Shown one piece after another: positions 25,811-35,100 of a DNA stretch of 64,000 nt. A program made the position numbers and the translations under genes. The stretch is from a virus. Under the pieces are notes generated by a model, which made no database searches, had not been told where the DNA came from, and saw only the letters and a program-made list of their open reading frames with translations. Position 1 is the first letter of the stretch. The number at the start of each line of letters is the position of its first letter. The stretch lies in the IMG/VR virus record IMGVR_UViG_3300042311_000920, positions 9,440 through 73,439 of that record. One strand, written 5' to 3'.

Positions 25811-26586
25811 ACGAAATTCAAAAATTTCAGCAAGAGGAAGTCAGGCAAGACTTACCCGCACAGCAAGAAATCTGGAAAGATATCCCCGGCTACAGAAAAT
25901 ATTACCAGGCTAGTAATTTAGGAAGGATAAGAAGTTTACCTCGTATGATTAAAAATACTAGCAAAAGCAGTCACTTATCTAAGCTAAGAGTATTAAAAGC
26001 GCACCCATCAACAAAAGGATATCTCACTGTTGTTTTATGTAAAAATAGTAAAACTAAAAGTTTCGGGGTTCATAGGTTGGTCGCTTGTGCTTTTTTAGGA
26101 CACAAGTTAAATCTAGGTTTCTCGGTTGTTGTCGATCATATAAATAACATAAATACAGATAACAGACTAGAAAATCTTCAACTAGTATCAGTTAGAACCA
26201 ACACAACGAAAGATAAACCTGTTAATTCTAGCGGATATCTTGGTGTTGTAAAACGGGAAACCCGATACTACGCAGTTATTGTCATTGATGGAAAATCTAA
26301 AAAACTAGGCTCGTATAAAACTCCATTAGAAGCACATAAAATGTACTTAAAAGCCGTAAATGCTTTAAAAAACAAAGAAGAAGTAGTTTTTCAAAAAAAA
26401 GTTTATACCTCTAAATACAAAGGAATTAGTTACGCTAAGCACGTAAATAAATGGGTCGCCTATCATTACTACAAAAAATCCCAAACGTTGGTAGGTTATT
26501 TCGAACACGAAGAACAAGCGTATCAGGAATTATTAAAATATAAAAACAAAATATCGAAAAAGTATAACCCTAAAATTATTGAGTAA
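25807..26586 (+). CDS. NUMOD4-HNH homing endonuclease with AP2-like domains
   Basis: EIWKDIPGY..YQASNLGRIRS, VHRLVA, DHINNINTDNRLENL. Confidence 0.9.
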   Translation: MNEIQKFQQEEVRQDLPAQQEIWKDIPGYRKYYQASNLGRIRSLPRMIKNTSKSSHLSKLRVLKAHPSTKGYLTVVLCKNSKTKSFGVHRLVACAFLGHKLNLGFSVVVDHINNINTDNRLENLQLVSVRTNTTKDKPVNSSGYLGVVKRETRYYAVIVIDGKSKKLGSYKTPLEAHKMYLKAVNALKNKEEVVFQKKVYTSKYKGISYAKHVNKWVAYHYYKKSQTLVGYFEHEEQAYQELLKYKNKISKKYNPKIIE

Positions 26587-27122
26587 TGGAAGAAGAAATT
26601 TGGAAAGATATTCCTAATTACGAAGGTATATATCAAGTAAGTAATATGGGAAATGTTAAAAGCTTAAAAAGAGTGTTATTAAATCACGGTAAGCATCCAT
26701 TTTTTAGCAAAGAAATGATATTAAAATCAGCCATCGATAGCACAGGTTATAAATCGGTAAGGCTATGTAAAGATTCAAAGCCAAAGTCTCTTAAAGTTCA
26801 TCAACTTGTGGCAGTGACATTCTTAAATCACATTCCCGATGGATATAAAATAGTTGTTGATCATATTAATACAAATAAGTTAGATAATCGTGTTGAAAAT
26901 CTCCAATTAATAACTCATAGAGAAAACTGCTCAAAAGACCGAACAGGTTCTAGTAAATATACTGGCGTATGTTTAGATAGAAACTGTGGTAAATGGCGTT
27001 CTTCTATAAGAATAAACGGAAAAATAAAAAATCTCGGACGATTTTCTAAAGAACAAGACGCGTCTTTAGCTTACCAAAATGCTTTAAAAAGTTTACTTCA
27101 AAATAATTTAAAACATCAATAA
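26586..27122 (+). CDS. NUMOD4-HNH homing endonuclease with AP2-like domain
   Basis: EIWKDIPNYEGIYQVSNMGNVKS, DHINTNKLDNRVENL, SKYTGV. Confidence 0.9.
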   Translation: MEEEIWKDIPNYEGIYQVSNMGNVKSLKRVLLNHGKHPFFSKEMILKSAIDSTGYKSVRLCKDSKPKSLKVHQLVAVTFLNHIPDGYKIVVDHINTNKLDNRVENLQLITHRENCSKDRTGSSKYTGVCLDRNCGKWRSSIRINGKIKNLGRFSKEQDASLAYQNALKSLLQNNLKHQ

Positions 27123-27124
27123 CC

Positions 27125-28057
27125 ATGGACAGTTTATTCACAGATTGGCGCCCACGCGCGTCGTCGTTTGGCTTATTACTTACAAACCTTCCCGAACCGT
27201 TCACAAATGAAGACGAAAAACGTCTCAAAGAAATTCAGTACGAAAAAGAAACGGGAATAATGCCAAGCGGAAGTAAAAACCGTGGATGGTCCGAAACAAA
27301 ACAAACTGAACTTGACAAGTACCTTAAAAAGAAAGACGGCAAAGATTCACTTCCCGATGGAGCCATCACAAAACTTGAAGAAATCTTCGATGATATTTTC
27401 TGGAAACGTAAAAAACTTCTCAATAACAAGTACCTCGAAAAAGGTTTAATAGTTGAGGAAGATTCCCTTGAATTACTTTCAGAAATTGACGACGTTACCT
27501 ATTGGAAAAACGACGAGCAAATTGAAAATGAGTTCGCGCAAGGTTGCCCTGATAATATCGACGGTCGCGTTCGTGATGCTAAATCAAATTACGATTACTT
27601 CACGTTCAAAAATGCGGAACTTTCAAATCTATACGCTTGGCAAATCAAGTGTTATATATGGATTTTACTTTCGCTAGGTCGAAAAATCGACCGCACCGGA
27701 GAACTTTGTTATTGCCTTGTAAACAGCCCGGCACATCGTATTGAAGCCGAGAAGAAATCAATCTACTTTTCAATGGGTCAACCTGATTACGAAGAGGAAC
27801 GTTTTATCAAAGCTGCATCACAACTTGAACGCAACCACATTTTTGACATTCAGAAATTCAAAGAAGATTATCCGAACGTTGATTTAATCAATACACATTG
27901 GCGCGACGTTCCGAAGCATATGCGTTTAAAAAGATTCGAGGTAACGTTGGAAGACAAAGACATCGAACACATGACACGTCGTTCAAAAATGGCTAAGAAG
28001 TGGTTATTAGAAAGAGAGCAAAAAGAGTTAGAAGTAATCAACAGTAAAGAATGGTAA
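27125..28057 (+). CDS. putative lambda-exonuclease/YqaJ-like nuclease
   Basis: RASS, KGLIVEE, GCPD...DAK, YAWQ..CY: PD-(D/E)xK pattern. Confidence 0.65.
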   Translation: MDSLFTDWRPRASSFGLLLTNLPEPFTNEDEKRLKEIQYEKETGIMPSGSKNRGWSETKQTELDKYLKKKDGKDSLPDGAITKLEEIFDDIFWKRKKLLNNKYLEKGLIVEEDSLELLSEIDDVTYWKNDEQIENEFAQGCPDNIDGRVRDAKSNYDYFTFKNAELSNLYAWQIKCYIWILLSLGRKIDRTGELCYCLVNSPAHRIEAEKKSIYFSMGQPDYEEERFIKAASQLERNHIFDIQKFKEDYPNVDLINTHWRDVPKHMRLKRFEVTLEDKDIEHMTRRSKMAKKWLLEREQKELEVINSKEW

Positions 28058-28266
28058 CCATGGAACAATTAGAATTTTTAGAGCAAGAATTAAACATGAT
28101 GCTTGAAAACATCAAACGCATCAAAGAGTACCAAAAGTCAGAAGAAAATATACAGTGGCGTCCGTGTTCTTCTAGAGTTATGGGAGAACTAAAACACCGT
28201 GCCGTTTCTTTAAAACAAAGATTAACATTAGTATCAAGCATAACCACTAACGATTTATTTAGATAA
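28051..28266 (+). CDS. hypothetical protein
   Basis: 71-aa coupled ORF. Confidence 0.55.
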   Translation: MVTMEQLEFLEQELNMMLENIKRIKEYQKSEENIQWRPCSSRVMGELKHRAVSLKQRLTLVSSITTNDLFR

Positions 28267-28268
28267 TC

Positions 28269-28544
28269 ATGCAAATATCAGGAAATTTAAAATTAGTAAA
28301 GTCAGTACAGCAAATTACCGAGAAATTCTCTAAAAGAGAATTTGTAATAGTCACGAACGAACAATACGCTCAAACGATTCTACTTGAATTACAAGGACAG
28401 AATTGTGATATCATTGATGCTTATGCAGAAGGTCAGGGAATCATTTGTAACATAGAATTTAAAGGTCGAGTTTGGACAAATCCACAGGGCGAAGACAAGT
28501 ATTTCAACACAATCGTATGTACGGGTATTCAACCTACTAATTAG
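28269..28544 (+). CDS. DUF3127 family OB-fold (SSB-like) protein
   Basis: FSKREFVIVTNEQYAQTI...GRVWTNPQGEDKYFNTI. Confidence 0.85.
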   Translation: MQISGNLKLVKSVQQITEKFSKREFVIVTNEQYAQTILLELQGQNCDIIDAYAEGQGIICNIEFKGRVWTNPQGEDKYFNTIVCTGIQPTN

Positions 28545-28633
28545 CAATCGTAAGCCAAAAAAATTTTCATTAATCTAGTGTAAAAAGTGTAGTTTTGACG
28601 CTGTACTTTTTACACTTTTACAACAGTTTTAAT

Positions 28634-29035
28634 ATGAACAAGCAACTTAAAGAACTGTACGACTGGCTTGACATTCCGCAACAGTTAACACGTAAGATTA
28701 TAAAAGACAAGATAGTTGAGATTGACAACAGCCTCAAAAAAACCAGAGCACCACGTTCACTTTTTACACCGCCAACCGTTGTTGATATTTCAGAGTACTG
28801 CACTTTGAGAAACAACGGGATTAACGCAGACCATTTTTACGACCATTATCAAGCCAAAGGTTGGGTTGTAGGACGCGTCAAAATGAAAGATTGGCAAGCA
28901 GCAGTCCGCACGTGGGAGAAAAACAACATCAATAAACCAAACCAACAATCAGATGGAAGACAACAACCACTACTTGGTCGACAGACAGCAGATACAGTTA
29001 GAGCAAATGCAACAGGCTGGGACAGTCTTGGATGA
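28634..29035 (+). CDS. replication-initiator-like protein (C-terminal-type domain)
   Basis: FTPPT...FYDHYQAKGWVVGRVKMKDWQAAVRTWEKN. Confidence 0.7.
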   Translation: MNKQLKELYDWLDIPQQLTRKIIKDKIVEIDNSLKKTRAPRSLFTPPTVVDISEYCTLRNNGINADHFYDHYQAKGWVVGRVKMKDWQAAVRTWEKNNINKPNQQSDGRQQPLLGRQTADTVRANATGWDSLG

Positions 29036-29879
29036 AATCTCCAAAAAAACCGAACTGCCCACCTTAACGTTTCTCAAAGAAAATTACGATTTTGAAACCA
29101 TTCGCAAACGACAATTCCAACCCAATTTCACACAGTTGATCGGGGTAATGATTACGAAGCTTTCAATTTTAGCGGGAATAAAAAACGAAATTGATTTTGC
29201 AAATAAGTCCGACTTGCTTCGTTTTGTAAAAACCCGATGTAGCGCACTCACGCTCGAAGAATTTTACAAAGCTTTTGAACTCGAAAGATTTGGACTGTAC
29301 GAAACCAAAACAGAGCATTACGGATTATTTAACGCTGAATATTGTGCAGCAATCATAAACAAGTACCTAAAATGGAAAAAAACCTCGCTAATCGACCACA
29401 ATATAACGAGGAACATTAATAACGTACTTCCAGAAGTAACCCCATCGGCACAAAAAGAAGTAATGAATAATGCGCTCGTTCGGGTATTCAATGAATTCAA
29501 AGAAACAAAGCAAATTCCAAGACCCAACAATTACATTTTTGACGAACTCGTTGAACGTGAAATTATTCTCCTTGGCGTGACAGATAAACTCGTGGCTTAC
29601 TACGAAAAAACAACCCGAATAGCAAGGTCGCAATTATTACGTGAACTTGAAGCTACTAAAAAATCAGCACTAGACAAAGCTGAAAACCGGTCAATCAAAG
29701 AGCAAATCGAAAAAATCCAAAAAGGCGGCTCCAATTCTGTTTACGCCCGAGTAAAAGAAATTGTCTTGACAGAATTTTTTCAGAAACTCATACTTCAAGA
29801 AAAGGACATTCAAGAAATAATCCTAGAAAACGATGAAACACGGCAAAATATACCATCAGCTGGAAATAATCCGACCTAA
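28953..29879 (+). CDS. hypothetical replication-module protein
   Basis: 308-aa ORF overlapping the initiator-like gene. Confidence 0.65.
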   Translation: MEDNNHYLVDRQQIQLEQMQQAGTVLDEISKKTELPTLTFLKENYDFETIRKRQFQPNFTQLIGVMITKLSILAGIKNEIDFANKSDLLRFVKTRCSALTLEEFYKAFELERFGLYETKTEHYGLFNAEYCAAIINKYLKWKKTSLIDHNITRNINNVLPEVTPSAQKEVMNNALVRVFNEFKETKQIPRPNNYIFDELVEREIILLGVTDKLVAYYEKTTRIARSQLLRELEATKKSALDKAENRSIKEQIEKIQKGGSNSVYARVKEIVLTEFFQKLILQEKDIQEIILENDETRQNIPSAGNNPT

Positions 29880-30195
29880 AAAAGACCAATTTGTAACTAT
29901 GGAACATTTCGAAATATACAACAGTCAATTAAACTACCTAGAAATAACAGAAGAAGATATGGCATTATTTAAACACCGTGAACCGGAAACAGAAATTCAA
30001 GAAAAAGAAAAAGCTTCTATAAGTGAATTCATAAAAGCAGTAAAAGAGGAATTGAAATTCCTTGGCTACACAATAGACGAGCTTGCATCATCTACCTACA
30101 TCAACAACGAAAGATTGCGATCATTGCTTCAAGGAAAAATGAAATTCACTCCCGAGGAAATCAAAGAAATCAAGAAAAAATTATACATGGATTAA
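29833..30195 (+). CDS. protein with C-terminal HTH
   Basis: GYTIDELASSTYINNERLRSLLQGK. Confidence 0.6.
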   Translation: MKHGKIYHQLEIIRPKKDQFVTMEHFEIYNSQLNYLEITEEDMALFKHREPETEIQEKEKASISEFIKAVKEELKFLGYTIDELASSTYINNERLRSLLQGKMKFTPEEIKEIKKKLYMD

Positions 30196-30283
30196 AACAA
30201 TCAAAAATGACTATCGAAGCTTACAATACGGACCCAAAAGCTATCGAAGAAATTGTAAAAAAAGTTTTAAAAAATAAGCAACT

Positions 30284-30655
30284 ATGAAAATAAACGAACT
30301 AGCAAAACAAGAGATTGACGCTATCGACCAATCTAAAAACTTCGACCAAGAAGTAGAAAAAACACTCGACCGCGTTCGTGAATTGCTAATTACAAAAGGT
30401 AAAGAATACCGACGTAACAACGACCCTTTTCACAACTTCGAAGTAGGTGCTTCAATGACAGGAAAAACCCGAGAAGAAGTACTGTACGGTTTTCTATTAA
30501 AGCACCTTATTTCAGCCCAAGACATCAGAAACGATATTGCTAACGGAACACTGCCAAGCCGTGAAAAAGTAAAAGAAAAATGGGATGACATCATCACGTA
30601 TTTCACAATCGAAAAAGCCAGTATTCTGGATAGAATTTCAAAACTAAAAATTTAA
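30284..30655 (+). CDS. nucleotide-modification-associated-like small helical protein
   Basis: KGKEY...DPFHNF...KH...DDIITY pattern. Confidence 0.5.
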   Translation: MKINELAKQEIDAIDQSKNFDQEVEKTLDRVRELLITKGKEYRRNNDPFHNFEVGASMTGKTREEVLYGFLLKHLISAQDIRNDIANGTLPSREKVKEKWDDIITYFTIEKASILDRISKLKI

Positions 30656-30693
30656 CTTAAGACCCCTCGACGGAGGCAAAACGTAAAATTATC

Positions 30694-30945
30694 ATGTACA
30701 TGAAAGATTTAGTAGAGGTTGTAGCAAACAACACAAACGTTTCAAAAAAGCAAGCTAAAGATAACGTTACGGCTGTTATCGAAGCAATTCAACAAGGACT
30801 TGCAAAGGAAGGAAAAGTTCAAATCCGTGAATTCGGCACGTTCAAAGTTGTAACTCGTAAAGCAAGAGAAGGTCGAAATCCACAAACAGGTGTGGCTATT
30901 CAAATCGCAGAAAAGCAAGTAGTGAAATTCACGCCTGCAAAGTAA
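30694..30945 (+). CDS. hup: HU/IHF-family DNA-binding protein
   Basis: FGTFKVVTRKAREGRNPQTG. Confidence 0.92.
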   Translation: MYMKDLVEVVANNTNVSKKQAKDNVTAVIEAIQQGLAKEGKVQIREFGTFKVVTRKAREGRNPQTGVAIQIAEKQVVKFTPAK

Positions 30946-30950
30946 AAATT

Positions 30951-30981
30951 TTGGGTCGGCATACGTCGGCCCAATTTTTTT
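30951..30981 (+). terminator. rho-independent terminator
   Basis: TTGGGTCGGC-ATAC-GTCGGCCCAA plus T-run. Confidence 0.75.
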
Positions 30982-31118
30982 AAATAAAAAATCAATTAAT
31001 ATGGAAATTTTAAAAACAATCGGCCACGTACTGATCATTTGCACAGGAATAGGATTTATAACAACAGTAATTTACGTGATTACTGTTTTTATAGTCCAAA
31101 ATAAAAAATAACAAAACA

Positions 31119-31535
31119 ATGAAAGTAAAAATCAAAAAATTATCAGAGAACGCAGTAATCCCGACTTATTCAAAAGAAGGCGATGCAGCAATGGATTTAA
31201 CCGTAACATCAATGGAAATTGTAGATTACGAACATATTAAGTACGGATTTGGTATCGCAATTGAAATTCCAATCGGGTACGTAGGTTTTGTATTTCCTAG
31301 ATCAAGTTGCTACAAGCAAAGACAAATATTAAGTAATGCCGTAGGGGTAATTGACAGCGGATATCGTGGCGAAATTTCAGCAGTAATGATAGGTACTTCA
31401 TCACATAGTTATAAAGTCGGGGAACGTGCAGCACAATTAATAATCTTGCCTTATCCTAAAATCGAATTCGAGGAAGTATCTGAATTGTCAGAAACCGAAC
31501 GAGGCGAAGGTGGATATGGAAGTACAGGAAAATAA
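31119..31535 (+). CDS. dut: dUTPase (trimeric)
   Basis: AAMDL, PRSS, GVIDSGYRGEI, AQL, RGEGGYGSTG. Confidence 0.95.
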   Translation: MKVKIKKLSENAVIPTYSKEGDAAMDLTVTSMEIVDYEHIKYGFGIAIEIPIGYVGFVFPRSSCYKQRQILSNAVGVIDSGYRGEISAVMIGTSSHSYKVGERAAQLIILPYPKIEFEEVSELSETERGEGGYGSTGK

Positions 31536-31549
31536 AGCAAACATCAACC

Positions 31550-31577
31550 AACCCGGCACGTAATTGTCGGGTTTTTT
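31550..31577 (+). terminator. rho-independent terminator
   Basis: AACCCGGCA...TGTCGGGTT plus T-run. Confidence 0.7.
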
Positions 31578-31592
31578 AATACCTAAAAACCA

Positions 31593-31865
31593 ATGGCAAT
31601 AAATGTACACAACAGTTGCGACGGAAAAATAAGATATGAAAACGAAATAGCAGTTCAGTACCATTTACATTCAAATAACATTGAAGGAATAGAAGATTAT
31701 TACGTTTGTCAATTCTGCGGTGGATTTCACGCTTATACCATTCCAGGCAAAAAGACTTTGAGTTCAAAAAAAACCGTCCGAAACTATCAGTTGAAAAACA
31801 AGACCGAGCCACGAAAAATGAAAATGAGCAAAAGTAAAAGCGGTAGAAAAGGAAGAAAAAATTAA
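31593..31865 (+). CDS. small Zn-binding phage protein
   Basis: CDGKIRY...YVCQFCGGFH. Confidence 0.6.
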   Translation: MAINVHNSCDGKIRYENEIAVQYHLHSNNIEGIEDYYVCQFCGGFHAYTIPGKKTLSSKKTVRNYQLKNKTEPRKMKMSKSKSGRKGRKN

Positions 31866-31877
31866 TATATTTACATT

Positions 31878-32084
31878 ATGAATAAAAGAAAATTATTAAA
31901 AATAATCGCAAGATTTACTGTATTTTTTAGAATGACAATTATCCGAGATTGTAGAGTAGCTTTGATTGAGTATAAATATCAAACATTAAAAAATTGTTAC
32001 TATCAAATTGACACGGATATTTCTCAACAAAAACAAATACTTGAAAAACAAGATTTAAAATTAAAACAACTTAATATTAAATAA
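31878..32084 (+). CDS. hypothetical protein
   Basis: 68 aa, last + strand ORF. Confidence 0.45.
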   Translation: MNKRKLLKIIARFTVFFRMTIIRDCRVALIEYKYQTLKNCYYQIDTDISQQKQILEKQDLKLKQLNIK

Positions 32085-32117
32085 CAAAAAACCCTCTTTA
32101 ATTAGAGGGTTTGTTAT
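32081..32117. terminator. bidirectional terminator between convergent halves
   Basis: AAACCCTCT-TTAATT-AGAGGGTTT with flanking A/T runs. Confidence 0.7.
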
Positions 32118-35100
32118 TTATTTTATTATATTTTTCAATTTCTTTTTTAAATAACTCTTTATTTTTATAAAAATTAACTAATATCTTTTTAATATTCTTA
32201 TCTCCTTTATAGTTTATGGCTATTTTTTGTTTAAATTGTTTTATACTTTGAGTTGATAACGGAGTTAATTCAGGTATTTTATTTTTCAACAAATCGTTAA
32301 TTGCTTTATTTGATAATTTAGAAGACTTTAAACTAACTTCAATATCATCATCAGTCATACCCATCTTTTTTCCTGCGTTAACAATATTAAGCATCTTTTT
32401 ATAGTTTACTTCGTGATATTTAGCATAATCTTTAACAATGCTTTCTACTTCATCTTTCTCAAGTAATTTTGATGTTTTTACTAATTTTGAAGCGCTACTT
32501 TTGTCTGCGGATTCTGAATCTTTAACTTGATATGCAAAACTTGACATTGCTGCACTGTAATTAATTACCGATAACCTCATTCCGAATAAACCCAATAAAG
32601 CTTCTTGGTTTGTATATTCTTTACCATAAGAACTAAATTTATCGCCTACATATTGAGAGCCTATTTCATTGGCTCTCATAAATTCAGTTGCATTATTATA
32701 AACACCAGGGCCAGCTTGTTTCATTAAAAAATTAATAATCTTATTCGGTTCGTTAATTATTGCGTCAAATAAATTATTACTTTGATATATTTTTTGATTA
32801 TACTCATTTTCATTTTCACTTACACTTATTAGTGTTTTAAATGAAATATCCTGTGAAATATAAGGAGAAAGTATTTCGTTTAATGATTGTTTTAATTTGT
32901 TATCAAAATCTCTTCCTGCTCTTTGTTCAAACAATGTAGATATTGGTTTCATTAGTGTTTCGCTTGCGAAAAAAGCCGTTCCGTCTATAAACATAGGTTT
33001 TCCGTTTTTAGTTCCTATGTATATTAATTTTGAATTTATTTGCCATTCTGGAAGCATATCTCTAATAGCATCATCATCTTCATCACTAATTCCTAACATA
33101 GACATTGTTAACATACTCAAACCGCTTAAAGTAGCATTTGCAACAATCATTCCTGTAGCTCTTTGAAATGCCATTTTATTTCGACCCGCTTCAATATCTT
33201 CTTTAACAAACAAAAGATTGTTTTTAGTGGTTCTAATCGCTTCATAAGGAAAAGAAACAAACGTTCCTACTAATGGAACTCTTCTTAATCTTTGCATGTT
33301 TTTTGGTAAATAGGAATAAGTTGGATAACCGTTATTTATTCTGTAGGCTGCTTTTTTTTCTGCCTCTGCTTTACTCATTCCTGACTTTATAAAATTATCG
33401 GTTTCAATGTAAAAACCCGCTACTTTATAAAAATCATCGCCAAAAGCATATAGTTTTTTAGCAAAATCAAAAACTTTTTCAGTAGTGTTTTTACTTATCA
33501 TTCTATCTACTTCTTTACTGAAATCATTTAATACAGCCATTAACTCCCCAGAATTTGCTCCATCACCCAAAACCCCTAGTTTAATTAATTTCTGACGTTC
33601 ATCAAATAATTGTGTTTGAGATATTTTCGTGGTTAAGGCTTGGTTAAAAGCTTCTGCAATACGTTCTGGTTTCATTAAGAATAAATGTCCTGAATTTGCT
33701 CCTAAAAAAACACCGCTTATTAAATTTCTCGCTGTGGTTGTTGGAGACAAAACAGTTTTATTTAATTTTACATAACCTGCAATTTTTATCCACGCTTTGT
33801 AAAAACCACTTTCGATAGTTTTCAAAGGTTGCATATCCTCAAACGCCTCTTTAAACTCAACAGGAACATAAATGTCGTTTAATATCTTCCATCCATCTCC
33901 ATCTGCTAATTTAACATATCCTAATTTCGCTTCGGTGCTTGCAATATTGTTGGCTATTAAATTTTCTCTTAATTTTGACTGATACTCTATATTGCCTAAA
34001 TATTGACTTATTTTATATACGGTATTTACGTAGTTATAAACAGGGTCTTTACTTTCTCCGAGCAACTCTCTAAATTCTAAAGGGATATTTTTCCTCTTTT
34101 TAAAGAAGTTAGAAACTGCATTTCCGTTTGAACTAAGTTGAAAATCGCTTTTACCTTTTCTTATATCTGCAAGATATTCAGCAACGGCTTCGGTAGCTTC
34201 GTTTCTACTCATCCCTTCTTCTCGTATCAAAAAGTTTATAGCATTTCTGATACGTAGCTGCCCTTCTTTGCTGATATTTTTAAAATCCCCAGTAATAATA
34301 TCACGATAATTATCATCAGAAAATATCTGATAATTTCTGGTGATGTAAGTATCCATGTTTGCTTTAATAGTGTCAATAAGGTTTTGAGTTGAATCAATAC
34401 TATTTTGGTTTTTCATTTTAGATAAATTATCTTCCAAAATATCAACCAACGCAGTAGACAAACCATTTATTCGTTCTCTAAAATAATCTAATTGGTTTAT
34501 TTGTTCTTGGGATAAAAAAGAAACATCAGCTCCTTTTTCACCGGCCAAATAATCATTTATTGACAACAAATTATTGTTAATATTATTTTTGTCTAAATTT
34601 TTTACTGCTTTTATTATTTTATGAAAAGCATTAACTTCACTGTTTATATGGTCTGAAAACGCAGCTATTGTTCTGTTTCTGCTTCTAACAACTTCGGCTG
34701 TTGTATTATTTAATCCGCTGTTACTTTTAAAAGTATTAGCCCAAACTCTTTTAAAATATCTTTGAAAAGGAAAACGAAACTTAACAGGCCCATTATCTGA
34801 CAACAGTAAGTCTCTTTGATTTTGATTGCTACTTCCTAAAAAACCTTGCGATATCGCTTCGGAATCGTCTTCTAAATCCGAATTATCAAATTCATTGTTG
34901 TCTTCTATACTTGGTCCTACTTCTTCGTTTGGTTTTTCAACATCTTCTTGATTGGGTTGTTGCTCGATGACTTCTCCTTCAATAACTCCATTTTCTGGTC
35001 CATCTTCTTTTGCATCGACAACGGCATCGCTTCGTAAATTGTTTGGAACTTGCTTTTTTCGGTCGCTGATTGTTTCATTTGATTTATCTCTTTTAGTCGT

